In this document: positions 1 through 12,206 of the stretch, one piece after another
How the letters are laid out: each line of letters begins with the position of its first letter
How positions within the stretch are numbered: the first letter of the stretch is position 1
Assembly: GCA_040285855.1 (NCBI GenBank)
Contig: JAUFOQ010000016.1
Location: 1,488,001-1,552,000 of the forward strand
Source: Eukaryota sp. GEM-RC1
Lineage: Eukaryota
DNA: 64,000 bases
Direction of reading: 5' to 3'
Notes under the pieces: model-generated
Told to the model about the DNA's origin: nothing
The model's database searches: none
Seen by the model: only the letters and a program-made list of their open reading frames with translations
Position numbers and translations under genes: made by a program

Positions 1-116
1 TAGAGCAATAATTCGAATCAGTCAATCTATCAAGTAACATCCAGTCAAAGAGTGATACCAGGAACTTGCGGAAAATAGTTTCAGGAGGATCCTACAACAG
101 TAATGAAGGATATGCC

Positions 117-269
117 TCAACAACTTTCAGCCAGACTATTGTAGAGAGTATCAAGCAAAGCATAAGTCTTTTCATCAAGTCCATTCTGTTCATTGTCCAT
201 GAACAATGAGATTGCCTCTTGAACCTCCTTGGTAGAGATAGGAGTTTCAGAAACGATGGTTTCAATCAT
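117..269 (-). CDS. 50-aa small protein, weakly similar to RNA polymerase I subunit A14
   Basis: Hand-translated MIETIVSETPISTKEVQEAISLFMDNEQNGLDEKTYALLDTLYNSLAESC*; below the ORF-track cutoff; intact in both duplicate copies. Confidence 0.4.
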   Translation of the reverse strand: MIETIVSETPISTKEVQEAISLFMDNEQNGLDEKTYALLDTLYNSLAESC

Positions 270-306
270 TGAATAAAGAAGATTGTGTTATGGCTTCTCC
301 AAGTGT

Positions 307-789
307 TTACATGTAAGCATTCCTAACACTCATGTTTTGATATTGCAAACATGTGTTCTGTACAGATCTTTTATTGAAATAGTCATAAATCTCACTTATT
401 TCTCGTGATCGAATACACAACAACAACCATAGAAGAGAACACACAACAGTGCTAGACAAAGAGAATGGCCCACATTGACAAAAACAGTCGCCAATGCTGT
501 ACGCTTTCCTGACGCACGACATCTCAGAGCTGTGATCTTCCTCTAGTCCAGAGCTATGGGTGATGACTGCTCCATCAATCTGGCCTCGTCCATACCCCAC
601 AATCATCACACTGACCGACACGCTTTCCAGCTCACTAGTCAATGTGGCTCCGTCTAGTGGAAGACAGCTCATCGTCGATAACTGACACGTCATTCCAACA
701 TACATACAAAGGCTCCCGCAAAGAGTGTCCATTACAGACAACTTTATTGGATCCGTGAGCGGCATTTCTGATGAAAATGAAAAGGCCAT
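307..789 (-). CDS. Hypothetical Cys-containing protein or gene fragment
   Basis: 160-aa ORF; the duplicate copy (16897-17259) stops earlier. Confidence 0.25.
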   Translation of the reverse strand: MAFSFSSEMPLTDPIKLSVMDTLCGSLCMYVGMTCQLSTMSCLPLDGATLTSELESVSVSVMIVGYGRGQIDGAVITHSSGLEEDHSSEMSCVRKAYSIGDCFCQCGPFSLSSTVVCSLLWLLLCIRSREISEIYDYFNKRSVQNTCLQYQNMSVRNAYM

Positions 790-1654
790 TTCTGCGTGTC
801 AGATTTCGGGTTTTTCTATTGTAAATCCTCCAGAACGATGACTTGTGGACAGTTTTTTAGTGTATAAGTGTACTTCGACTATGTGCATGTGTTCGTTGTA
901 TTGGAAAACGTAAATGTTGTTTGCTTGGTTAGATAGAGATTTTGACCATTCGACCAGCTTTTCACTAAATGTGTGGTTCTTCGGATGCTATGACAAATTC
1001 AATATCCAAAATGTACACATTTCTCATTAACCGGTAGGATCTAGAAGTTGTCCAAAGAACAGTTCATGTTGCAATCAATTCCCTCAAATGACTGGACAAC
1101 AAATCTAGGAACACATAAACACACTTTTTCTTTTAAGTACTAGTAAGTCGTAGGTATTTCGGTACTTTTGGTTTAAAAATCCAATTTAGAAAAAGTTTAT
1201 AGATGAAGAGGACAAAAAGCTTGGATTTTAAAAATCGTATTAGCTTGGCTAAAATTGATCGTCCCGCTTTTTGTGCTTTCTTGATGGATGTTTCTAGTGA
1301 TTCGGCTTCAGCACTGTTTTCTCGTCATTTTCAGCAATTTTGTTTCAATCTAAAAAATCATGAATGGCTGGTAAACATGCGACTAAGATTGGGCTCCATT
1401 GGTATATTACAAAAGTGTTATCGCATTTGTTCAAAATCTGTGAATGCCACGCTCAATCATCTTGTTAAATTGTAGCAAATTTATTTCATATGAGATCTCT
1501 AATCCACAAGTGTTCGTGATCAGTGTTTATCTATGTTCAGATCTAATGGTTTCCACAGCAAAGTTGAACCTCTTTTATTTGCTTTTTCTGATTCTCTTAT
1601 TCGGAACAATAGTCGTGGTGAATTAATTGGACCTTAAAGAAAATCTCAAGCAAT

Positions 1655-2095
1655 TGTACTGGACTTTACTACAGTTGATCCTTGTAATTCTACTTCTACC
1701 GAAAAGTACTTAATGATGAATTTCCGGTTATTCACCATGCTGAAGACAAGAAAGTTCTTCGATACAGGGATTGTTTTGAAAAGTTAAACTCTCAAAGACA
1801 CAATGCTTTTGTTTTTCAACCTTTTGCAATTTCTTTTATATTGAAATTTAGGTTCTGCGGCTAATACTAGTAACTTCTTTTTTCCTTTAAGGATTTGGGT
1901 AATGATTTCGGTAAAAAGTTCAACGGTGGCTTTTGGAGAGATCGTCTAGTGTTTGCTCTAGTTCGTTCAATGAACAATTACTTTGATGATATCTTCAAGA
2001 GTTTGTTTGGTGGTGGTGAAGGGTGTGTGATGGGGTAGGTTTGTCTGTCTATTGTATTTTCTTTAGTGTAAGTTTATAGAATAAAGCACTTTTTT
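1655..2095 (+). mobile_element. 5'-truncated non-LTR retrotransposon relic (restriction-like endonuclease C-terminus)
   Basis: Broken frames give LDFTTVDPC...HAEDKKVLRY...FQPFAIS...FWRDRLVFAL, the RLE-domain pattern of CRE-like LINEs; followed by AATAAA. Confidence 0.6.
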
Positions 2096-4929
2096 TATCT
2101 ATCGTTACCATTATATTGTCTTAAAGGGCTATCAACATTGAGTATTTGCGTCTAAATTATCCCATTTTACAGTCGAAATACTAAACCAAAATTTTCAACT
2201 TGTGTTTCATATTATTGAGAGGGATTTCCATATGCATATGGTTTGTTTTGTCGCTTTGCAGAAATCGTGTGAATAAAAATCAGAATTGAAAGTTCGTTCT
2301 TTCGTAGAAAATCTCTGGTAACTGTACGAATTCCAGAAGTAATCGTAACTCCTAGAATTCCAGGAATTACTGTAGCAATCGAAATTGTATGATTTCTAAG
2401 AATTCCTGATCCAAAAACCCTGTAATTGAAAAGTATTGTTTAAAACCTTGTGAAGTCTTGCTGCTAAAGTAGGTGCTAATACATAACACGGCGTAACACG
2501 TGTTAAGTAAGAAGATATAGTTTTCCCACATCAACACGTCACAAAGGATGTTGTCTTTAAAGCCCAAACACAAATCCATTAACCCGTACAGTACAAAATC
2601 ACTAGTTTTAACCTACTCGACCAATATTTCCACAAATTGAAATTGTAAATTGAACAAATCGAAACATAGAACACAACTTTCATACAGTTGTTTCCAAAAT
2701 ATCAGCATAATTTCAACACTTACGATGTTCGGCCCTTTTAAAAGACCAGTAAAATATAAAATATCAATTTTAATAAGGTGTCTACTTGTTGAAACAACAA
2801 CTGAAATATTAGAGGACTGTTAAATCAAACTTCTAAACGATCTACCCAATTTTCACAAGTAATTGCATTAGTCAAAATCATACCTGGAAAATACAGCCAC
2901 TCACTGAAAAAAATTACAGAATTACAGAAATACAGAAAAATACACTTAACACACATAAATACAACAGAACTCCACCTAAGACAACTTTCACAAAAGTCAT
3001 GGTGAACTTATTCTGTTTTAAAGTAACAATGACTAAAATAATATGAGTTTCACAACCAAGCTAAACATAACATAACAACAAAATACCCGAACAAATATCA
3101 GGAAGCCATTATTTAGTTTGCCGTCTTTTTTGAGCAGCTGCCTTTCCAAAACAGCTTTTCAACCATTCCAAAGATTGAGATTCCCCAAAGACCTCAAGAG
3201 AATTGGGTTATTTTTCATCGTCAGACGAGTTTGTGACAACAATATCTAATATATTCATCAAGAAGAACTACTGTACTTGCATTTTATCTTCCAATAAAAC
3301 ACAGTTGCATATGCTACCGTCGTTGTCATCATCAAAAACTGCTTTGTTTTCGAGGAGAAGTACATCATAATGAGTTCTTTGACCACCCTATATGTGTACA
3401 TTTTCATCCAAAAATTGTTCTGGTACCGTTTTATCCATAAAACTACAGAAAATACAGTATTTACCGAGACTGAGAAAATACAAATAATACAAAAAAAATA
3501 CAGTATCTGTATTTTCCAAGTATGTTCAAAATGGCAACAACAAGTCTATTCGTCGACTTACAAACCTAAGTTAGTAAGTACATGTAGTAAGTTGCTCTTT
3601 TATCAAGACCTGTTGAAACTGTTACGATTTTCCAAGCAGAAGTATTTCAAATGAATTCGAAAGTGCCTTACCAAAATTTGAAAAGTTGTGATTCAATGAT
3701 ACTATTAAACCGATTATTTAGAATGTTGGTGGACTCAGTCTGTTGTACTCCAATTATTTAGTTAAAGAACTCTCATCTTTCTTTCTTGTTATCCGTTCTA
3801 AAAGAAATTGTGATTTGAAGCTGAATGGATAATTGATTTTATTCAAAATGTACAAAGTTTAAAAAAGATAAACACAAAAAAGTCTTTAAGGTTTCAAGCG
3901 AAGACTCCATTAATAGCTGATAGTCCTCTACCACTTACGATTACAACCATCCCTTGTTGGAATTGGTAGTAGTTGGCAATTGGATCCCCCACTTTGTTGA
4001 CCCCCACGTTTCAGAGTTACTAAGTGAAAATGAAATACCTTCCATGGCTCGATCTCTTCGTGACAAAGGTTTTGTTCTTCTAAATTAAATTAAATTTCTT
4101 TTCTTTTTTCTTGGAGACAGAAGCGATGCACTTCCGCTCGGAGTCCAGATCCTAGTTTCTGACCAAAACCTTCGAATTGCTCCATCCACAGATCAATCTT
4201 GAAGTTGAGCATCTGGGACAAACTTCTTGAATCCTTAGAATGGGATAGCAACATCGACTTCCAGTAGTTCAAACCTTGACTTTTCCTTGACTTTTCCGTG
4301 AATGATAATACTGACTAAAAGACCAATCTGTCCTTTATCAATGATTGGCTTTAAAGTTCCACAGCACATACAGTTCCAAATGGGCTTACCTGCAACGGGT
4401 GGTAAGACTCTAAAACCTTAATTACCCTTTCAAAATTGATTGATTGACTCTCAAAGTTCAGGTACAGAAAATAAGAAGAAGATTACATGGTGCTGATCCT
4501 GGTATTTACTGTATTCAAGGAGCTCCAGTAAAACTCGTACCATTGTCAAATTAATAGTCTCTTTAATAAACAATGGTTTTTTGGTATTAAAGTTTGGGTT
4601 GGTGCACCTTCTTATAAATGCTGTCGAAGTGATATCGTTGAAACTGATTGATGTACGTGATGTTCGTAGGAATCGACTACTGCGAATATCAGCACATATC
4701 AAACCAACAACGAAGTCCAGAAGTGATGATGAGGAACAACTGTTGATTAAGAATGATAAAGTGTAATCAATTATGACTCATTACAAAGAAAATCTAACCT
4801 AAGACAATGTCTTTGTTTTTGATGGAATAGGTCAAAACAACTTTATTCAAGAAATAAGCCTATTCGAAACGCGAAAGAAAAAGCACAAGTCAAGAGAATT
4901 ACTCTCTTAACATGAAAGAAAGAAGTGTA

Positions 4930-5053
4930 GATATCCGAAAGGGGAACCCGGCGATGGTACTGCATCGTCATCCGTAATAACGGAGGGGAGGGGCACCCGG
5001 GAACTGAAACATCCAAGTCTTTTTTTTCCGGAGGAAAAGTAATCAACTGAGAT
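4930..5053 (+). pseudogene. Degenerate fragment of bacterial-type 23S rRNA domain I
   Basis: GATATCCGAAAGGGGAACCC...GGGAACTGAAACATCCAAGT...CCGGAGGAAAAGTAATCAACTGAGAT follows the order of conserved 23S blocks; hairpins GGCGATG/CATCGTC and TCCGT/ACGGA lie between them. Confidence 0.7.
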
Positions 5054-5220
5054 AGAATGAGAAACTTAAAAAACAGGATTTCATGGTGGATGTGTGGGAG
5101 AGGAGAAACTTCTTTAAGAGAAAAGGTTTTAAATACTGTAGACAGTAGGTAGATGAGAGGTACACGTCTTCAAAGCGTCGTTCGAAACCCTTCAACTTGA
5201 ACACGTGTTTAAAGAAAAGT

Positions 5221-5277
5221 AGTGATCCAAAGCCATGGTAGTGATCCAAAGCCATGGAAGTGATCCAAAGCCATGGA
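5221..5277. repeat. 19-bp tandem triplication AGTGATCCAAAGCCATGG(T/A)
   Basis: Three adjacent units read directly from the sequence. Confidence 0.95.
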
Positions 5278-5441
5278 AAAGAGAAAAGAAGATTGTAAGG
5301 GTAACGCCAAGGCTTGGAATCGATACAAGTTAGCATGAATCAACATCAAGACCATTGAGGAGGAGGGAAGTCATTCCTTAAAACATTCTCTCAGTCTAGT
5401 TGAATCTCGGTCGATCCTTCTACTTGATATACACCCGCTTT

Positions 5442-5885
5442 ATGACCATTCTTGGTGTTGGAACAGGACTGTTCCTGGCTCTATTGGTCATGACGGTTTC
5501 TCTGGTCGTTGTTGTGTTTGCTTCTATTTCTTCTTCAAAGGGCATCAAGTTTCTATCTCTACTTCTGTCTTCTTCCTTTTTCCTCTTCTTGTGGTTTCGT
5601 ACAGAATATGTTGATTTTCAACCTTCTGGAGATCCTCTTTCTGACACAAGACTCTATCGTTTACTCTTCCACATTGTTTTCTTCATTGTCTTCATGGTAG
5701 CTGCCATCGCCGTCTTCCTCAACGTCTGTACCCAGTCTACTTACTCTGTTGGATCTTCCGTAGCAACTCTCCCTCCTTATGAACCTCTTAAATTCCCTGC
5801 TGCTGAGGATGAGGACTGGGAGGATGTGTTTGAAGATGATGACGTGCGTCAGGACTCAACAGCGGCTGTTAAAAAGAAGTCATAG
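5442..5885 (+). CDS. Small multi-pass membrane protein with an acidic C-terminal tail
   Basis: ATG at 5442 within ORF 5400-5885; about three hydrophobic segments; EDEDWEDVFEDD tail. Confidence 0.6.
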   Translation: MTILGVGTGLFLALLVMTVSLVVVVFASISSSKGIKFLSLLLSSSFFLFLWFRTEYVDFQPSGDPLSDTRLYRLLFHIVFFIVFMVAAIAVFLNVCTQSTYSVGSSVATLPPYEPLKFPAAEDEDWEDVFEDDDVRQDSTAAVKKKS

Positions 5886-6665
5886 TCCAGACTGATCACA
5901 GACACTTCTTTTGCTGATTACTTCTCACCCTAGGTAATCTACCTCTCACTAGTTTATAGCCAATCTGTTGTCCTTGGATAGCAGAATTTCATCTCTTATT
6001 TGTTTTATTGAATGTAATGTGTTTTCTATTTATTTGAATTTTTGTCCATGTACTAGTACATCTAGAATGAGTTGTCTGCGATATCCATCTATTTTTGATC
6101 ATTAATTGATGATTACAAGAGATGATCGTTTTGTAGGTTTAATGTTGTATAAATCTGTTTGAATTATGTTTGGAGTGACTCATAATGACTGGTGCAGCTA
6201 CTAGATTACTTGATTGAAGTAAGATCAATCTTACTGAGGACTGGACTTTGAGGTACCAAGTACTGGATGAACGTTCACTTCCGTCTTTATCAACAGTGTT
6301 TTTCTATCATGCAGATTTACATAGTCTCGTGGAAATTAAGACATGAATATTGTAAATGTTTTTGAAACCCTTAAGTCTACTATTTTAATTGTATAATATT
6401 TAAAAACAAAAGGCTTTGTGATGTATTGATGTTCAGTACCTTAACTGTTCACAAGTACTGTACATAGGTACCAGAGGGCTAAACTCCATGACTGAAACAA
6501 ATAGATCAGAGAAAAAATGAGGATAATCAAGAGATTTACTGCAGCTCAAAAACTAATGTAAAACAAATTGATTGTACCAAATTCCAATGAATCTAACCTG
6601 ACCAGTTTAAACTCCAGTCAAATTTGAAACAAACAAACAAAGAAAGTCTGACCAAATCAAACAAT

Positions 6666-8609
6666 CTAATCTTTCAACTTTTCAAAAGCAACAAGACTCA
6701 TTTGAGATAAAGTTCTGAGATACTTTGAGCCATCCTTTAAACTAGAAACTTTCTTCAGTACGGAAACGACACTCTCTCGCACGCAGGAATCAGAATGAAA
6801 CATTCCCAGTGCAAAACAGGAAAGTCCGCCTCTGACTGGTGTAGCAACTGACAAGAACTCAATCAAAGAGTCGGAATCAGTGATTGCAGCAGAAATAGAA
6901 AGAAACGCGTCTACGAGCTCAGTATTGCGTTTCGTGAGTAGCTCAACCTCGGGAAACCGACTCAACCTCGAAACTTTACAGTGAGTTCTAATCAGTGTCA
7001 AAAGTGGATCAAAATCAACAGACGCTGATCGTGATTGATTGTAATAATAGAGATCACGATGATACAAACAATACTGCCACGTTGCCTTCATTCCCACGCA
7101 CCTCTTCTCGTTTCGTTGGAATCCCTGGCTATCATCTATAGATGTAGGTTTAGCTTGGCAGAACAAAAGAAGACGAGTTGTGTAGACGTGGAAGCACTGT
7201 CTGATCCACTCATTGGTGGCGTTTCCAGAAAGTATTTTCTTAAGAATTCTGTCAATAAAATCATTGTCTTCAGAATCCCAAGTATTAGTTTGAGATAATT
7301 TTAATATTTTAGATGACTGATGGTTTCCATAATGGATCTCCCCAGTGTTAACGTTTCCCAGCACATCATACCAATCTTTTTGAGCTAAATACATTGGATT
7401 ATTAGTAGACGTGATACTTCCTGGAAAGTCAAGATACGATTGATTAATCAGTGTTGAAAAAGGAAAGACTTTGCTTTGAATAAAACCCCTGAGAGGAAAG
7501 AACAACTGAACTAATGATAAAACTAAGCAACAACAAGAAGTAGCAGGATGATTTGGACATATTAGGACAACTGTTTGACCAGAGATTATGGCATTGTAAA
7601 GTTTCATGAAAGAGTGTTTAAAGGACAAGAGAAGAGTTGACAAATCACCGTCAATCACTTCGTCTGGATATCGAAGTTGTGGAAACGATAGGTCAAAACT
7701 GACGTCATTCCACGTCATTGAACATGACTTTGCAAGACTTCTTCCCGTCATCTTCTTCACAATCATTTTCTGATGGAAACAAGAAGATCCAACGTGTAAG
7801 TTCTCCATTAAAAACACTGGAGGTATTAAAGAAAAGGGCGGCAGTTCTGGAGAACAGGCAAAACCCGCGTCAACTAAAGAAGCATAGAAAGACTTTACCA
7901 CTGATCGTTCATGCTCTACACTAGTTAGATCTTCAAACACCTTCGTAAGAGCTTCTCTAAGAGGGGCCTTGAAAGCTAACAGGTTGTAGTAACAGCCAGT
8001 AACAGCCAACCCTTTGACCCTACATCCTCTGGGGGCTAGGGGATCTCTTCTAGACCAGGTGAGGGAATAGCCATAGATTGTAGGAAAGGAGGGATCGCCA
8101 ACAAGAGAACCAGGAGATCTGTCAGCATGCGGTTGGGCAGAGGGAGTTCTGGGTAGGTAGGGGAGATGAGATTGAAGAGAGAGAACAGTGTCGAGGAAGT
8201 CCTTCTGAGCAAGGGAGCTATCAAATCGAAGAGCAATGAAGGAGTGTGGAAGTAGGTGGAGGAAAGGGAGTGAGGGGGAATACAGAAGGAGATGTCCACA
8301 GTCAAAGAAGGACAGCAAAAGCTCCAAATCAATTGGAACAGAGAAAACTAAACGTGATCTATTGGAAAAGTAGATGAAATGACGATCATCTTTATAAGTG
8401 ATGGTGGCAGACAAAGTAGTGGGTAGTGTTGGGTCAAGATCTTGAAGTAGTTTCCAATGTGAAGAGTCTAATTTATGAGTATAAACCATTAGAGTAAGTG
8501 GAATGTCTGTTTGTTGGAAAGAAGAATCAGATATGTCAGTGTCAGGTTTGTTACATGGTATGTGTGCCCCCAAAACGAAGGAAGAAAGGGGCGGAGGTTG
8601 AGCTTTCAT
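6666..8609 (-). CDS. AFI1/MesA-like DENN-related polarity protein (Afi1 + SPA domains)
   Basis: 647 aa; RGCRVKGLAV...FKAPLREAL and LYNAIISGQTVV...VFPFS...ITSTNNPM...WYDVL motifs. Confidence 0.7.
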   Translation of the reverse strand: MKAQPPPLSSFVLGAHIPCNKPDTDISDSSFQQTDIPLTLMVYTHKLDSSHWKLLQDLDPTLPTTLSATITYKDDRHFIYFSNRSRLVFSVPIDLELLLSFFDCGHLLLYSPSLPFLHLLPHSFIALRFDSSLAQKDFLDTVLSLQSHLPYLPRTPSAQPHADRSPGSLVGDPSFPTIYGYSLTWSRRDPLAPRGCRVKGLAVTGCYYNLLAFKAPLREALTKVFEDLTSVEHERSVVKSFYASLVDAGFACSPELPPFSLIPPVFLMENLHVGSSCFHQKMIVKKMTGRSLAKSCSMTWNDVSFDLSFPQLRYPDEVIDGDLSTLLLSFKHSFMKLYNAIISGQTVVLICPNHPATSCCCLVLSLVQLFFPLRGFIQSKVFPFSTLINQSYLDFPGSITSTNNPMYLAQKDWYDVLGNVNTGEIHYGNHQSSKILKLSQTNTWDSEDNDFIDRILKKILSGNATNEWIRQCFHVYTTRLLLFCQAKPTSIDDSQGFQRNEKRCVGMKATWQYCLYHRDLYYYNQSRSASVDFDPLLTLIRTHCKVSRLSRFPEVELLTKRNTELVDAFLSISAAITDSDSLIEFLSVATPVRGGLSCFALGMFHSDSCVRESVVSVLKKVSSLKDGSKYLRTLSQMSLVAFEKLKD

Positions 8610-8650
8610 ATTTGTTATAAAAAGGTAGAGTCTTCACCCTGCTCAAGAGA

Positions 8651-10401
8651 ATGAATACCATCAGGTATACATTGATCAGCTAAGAGAAGTTTTTGCAAGG
8701 AAGTTCAAATGGATATTGATACGTGACGGTAGAGCCTTTGTCAATGTCGAACTCCACAACAACAATGTTATGGATGAAGGGCAAAGATGATGAACACATA
8801 TAGTTTCCTCTTTTAAGAGTTTCAGACTGTCCAAAAATTCTGAATTAATTCCCTTTACAAATGCACAAGTCCTTTGAAACCTTCATCAGAGAACTATACA
8901 AAGCCTCTAAGAAGACCAATGATGAGGTCATGAAGTTGTTACCTCAAGACGAACTTGAGTTCCCCAGAGAAATCAGTCTTCGTTTGATGTATCTTGTTGC
9001 TCCTGAAACCCCCACTCCGCCGAAAACTTCAATTTTATACTTGCCATTGCTCAAAAAACGGACACAGTCTCTTTTGAAGTTCCACTCCGCTTCTTCGCTG
9101 CTTCCATTACTTTGTCGCCTGAAGTTGATCATCAGTATTTGAACAACTTTGCAACAGAAATCACCTCACTGCCCACTGTCAACCATCAAACTCTAACCAT
9201 GGCTTTTCAACAGCACTTCCAACGTACAGTTTTTCAAATTCTCTTCTCATGGGTTCTCTCGGTCTATCGCTCTAGAATCCTATCCAACTGTCCCCGTATT
9301 TTCCCCTCTCCCTATATGCTCAACAAGTCTCGTCCCTTCGTCCACCACCACTCCATAGACCACTACTTCAACAACTCTGTCAAGAAGTACTACAACGACA
9401 TCCAGTGTGTATGCGAACACATCTCCCAACTTCCAGAGATCACTCCTGAAGTTGTTTTCACTGCTGACTCCTTCTCAGAACACTGGAAGTGGTTACAGGA
9501 AGTGTTAAAAGCTGATCTTAACATGACCACCTTTATCCCTGTTAGTTCTGGTACTGATGATGACGTGTTCCTTCCCCAAGGACCTGTTCTACTCTCTGCT
9601 TACGATCCTCTTGACGCCATTCTTGCTCACATTGCAGCTGATGTAGGACTTATGGTACCATGGTCAGATTCTGAGTGGAATTTTAGTTTTGCCGGCAAGA
9701 CCTGGGTTGTGTCGGTGTGGGAACCCCGGGTGATCCCACCGTTGTTAGACAGGGTTCCTAATTTCTTTGTATTGGATATAAGCGACCTTTTGAATTGTAA
9801 AGGTACCGTGCTAGAGTTACTCTACAATGAAGAAGAGCTGTTTGTTTTCGAACAGTTTATTGCTTTCCTCTCCAACTACAAAAAGTCACTTCTTCGCTAC
9901 TTTTGCACCCTTTTAAACGCCTGTTTGGCTGAGAAATACGTGTTTGATATGGTTGAATTAGTTCCCTGCCTCTTTGTTTCTCCAGTTCTCATCTCTCAAT
10001 TCCTCAACCAAGTGCATCAGGCATTAACTGTGTATTCCTCTCCTCTTGCTCTCGTTTTGAATAGATTCTTTTTAAAATGTAGAGCAGCAATGCTGGAACA
10101 GCTTTTCTCCTCTCAGTTTGCCTTCCATCTTTCTTATTGGTTGGCTAGCTGCAAGGAGTTTAAGTGTAAGGTTCAGTGGGCTCGTGATCCTTCTACTGCT
10201 GTTACGAGTATCTTGAAGATGGTTAAGAACGTGGAGATTCCTATAACCGCAGAAACTAGTACTGTGAATGGTGGCTGTTTGTGGGTTCCACTTGAGAGCT
10301 TTCTCTCTTGTTACCACTCTTCTGTTGATGAGAAATGGTCAGTTTGTCCTTCCCCTTCGTTAGTTTTTGAGGTAGGTCAGCCTTTGATGGAAAAAGATTA
10401 G
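8651..10401 (+). CDS. Hypothetical protein split by frameshifts; start uncertain
   Basis: Overlapping ORFs 8861-9142 and 9112-10401 (429 aa); an upstream ATG near 8651. Confidence 0.5.
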
Positions 10402-10823
10402 GAAATGACAGTGTTTGTACTGGTTTTTGTTTGTATTATGTTAAGTTTTTAGAAGTTGTGGCTTTAGTTGTCCTGATGTTTAGGTCTTAAAGTTTTAGTG
10501 TGAACGTCTTATAAATATTTAATTTTAATAAAAATATTCTTAGACATTTAGTTGTTGATTAATAATCGGATTTTGATGTTATGAACATCATAACTGAAGG
10601 TTCAAATGATCTACATGGCTGTTAGAAATACTGATTGACTTGTACAGTAATGGAATTAAAACTTGGTTTGAGAAATGATTTACTCAAAAAAACTACACGT
10701 AGACATTCACTAAAACTATGTCATTTGTAGCTCAAGACTATACAAAATAAATAAAAAATAAATAAAAAGAACAAGATCAGAGTTCTCCGAGAATTTTAAA
10801 TAAGAGAAATAATCCAGCGTTAG

Positions 10824-12206
10824 TTAAGACTTGAGAGCTTTTAACAACACTAAATTATGTTTTAAATCACTAGCCATATGTTCTTTAACTTTACATTCCA
10901 AGTCTGTATATGGATTAATCTTAAAAGAATGGTATGGATTCAAATGAGCTTCAGCAATACTGGTACTCCAAAAAGCAGTTTCAACGATAATAATAGTCGC
11001 ATTAAGAACAGTATAAGTAAATAAACTAATAAAAACATAGAAGAACAACCGTGAAATGACTGGTGAAACAGCATAAATCTCATCATAAAAGTCTGCAACT
11101 TGATCACCATTAAGAGCGGCAAATAAAGTCACTGCACTTTGACCAATGGAACCAAAAAGCCACTTAGATCCGGAACTAAAGTAGCAATAGCCAAAGAAAG
11201 TGAATGCAAAGTAAACAGGAGAAACAGAGAATAAGAACTTGCAGACATTAGGAAAAGCTGATTTTAAGGCAGTTATTAATAGATACAAATACTTGGAAAA
11301 TTCAAAATAAATTGGTAACAACATCCAACGCAGCAAAGTTCCTGATCCAATCAAAAATGATTGATAAGGTTCGAGCAGAGTGACCCCCACAAAAGAAGGA
11401 AAGAGGATCACGAGTGATGACAGAATGTTCAAGAGATCTGACACACAACTTCCAATTAGCCACAATTTATAGGACAATTCTATACTGGCAGTGTCAGATA
11501 AAACAACTTCAAAAACAAGAGTTAAAACAATTGAAAGTAAAGCACACATGCAGATCAACCAGGCAATGACCACGTCAAGCACAGTCTTTTGTAGATTTAA
11601 GTTGGATCCAAAACTAGAGTCATTATAAAATTCAATGTTATAAACCACAGTTCCACCACCTCTTGTTAACTTAAATCTCTCAACAACCTTCCACGAGATT
11701 TCTATGCTAGGTTGAATGCTTTTACTGGTGATTAAAGACTCGACGTCGATGCTCTTAGCAGCATGTAAAGCACAAAGAACATCAGAGTTAGATGAAAGAG
11801 GTCCAAGAGGAGAGTCTAGTGAAAGATTGTGAGAGGAAGAAAGGACTTCGATAGGAAGAGAGCATTGGCTTGGGAGGGTCCATAGAGTAGCAGAGTTGTG
11901 AGGGGAAAAAGACATTGATGATATTCTAACAGAGGTAATTACGGGGATAAACATTGAAAGACAATTGGAGTGTAGTTCAGGTAGGATGGTGATGGTGTGA
12001 TTGATTTTATCAACAACCTCGTTCATAGAGTAGAGCAAGAGTTCACGTTCTTTGTTAGTATCCTCAAAGAGATCATCAGCATCAGGAACAAGGAATTGAG
12101 TAAGTGTGTCTGAGGTTGCTTTGATGTGATGTGATGACCGGGTGACTAGAGACACAACTTGAATCAGTAGAATAACTGTTAAAGAAAGGTGTAAGAGGAG
12201 TACCAT
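10824..12206 (-). CDS. MCOLN: Mucolipin (TRPML)/polycystin-family cation channel; N-terminus probably extends upstream
   Basis: Pore motif TLFAALNGD and S6 SRLFFYVFISLFTYTVLNATIIIVE; large luminal loop after the first TM segment. Confidence 0.85.
   Translation of the reverse strand: MVLLLHLSLTVILLIQVVSLVTRSSHHIKATSDTLTQFLVPDADDLFEDTNKERELLLYSMNEVVDKINHTITILPELHSNCLSMFIPVITSVRISSMSFSPHNSATLWTLPSQCSLPIEVLSSSHNLSLDSPLGPLSSNSDVLCALHAAKSIDVESLITSKSIQPSIEISWKVVERFKLTRGGGTVVYNIEFYNDSSFGSNLNLQKTVLDVVIAWLICMCALLSIVLTLVFEVVLSDTASIELSYKLWLIGSCVSDLLNILSSLVILFPSFVGVTLLEPYQSFLIGSGTLLRWMLLPIYFEFSKYLYLLITALKSAFPNVCKFLFSVSPVYFAFTFFGYCYFSSGSKWLFGSIGQSAVTLFAALNGDQVADFYDEIYAVSPVISRLFFYVFISLFTYTVLNATIIIVETAFWSTSIAEAHLNPYHSFKINPYTDLECKVKEHMASDLKHNLVLLKALKS

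Larger units (their letters stand above)
1..4407. repeat. Segmental duplication, copy 1 (left end lies beyond the window)
   Basis: Near-identical to 16466-20872 from the first base (tagagcaataattcg) to ...gggtggtaaga, where the two copies diverge. Confidence 0.97.

Noticed and set aside
2731..2747. Histone stem-loop-like GGTCTTTTAAAAGGGCC (minus strand; also in copy 2)
   Set aside because: Imperfect 5-nt loop and not located 3' of a histone gene.
5221..5277. CRISPR-like array
   Set aside because: The repeats are directly adjacent with no spacers, and the context is eukaryotic.
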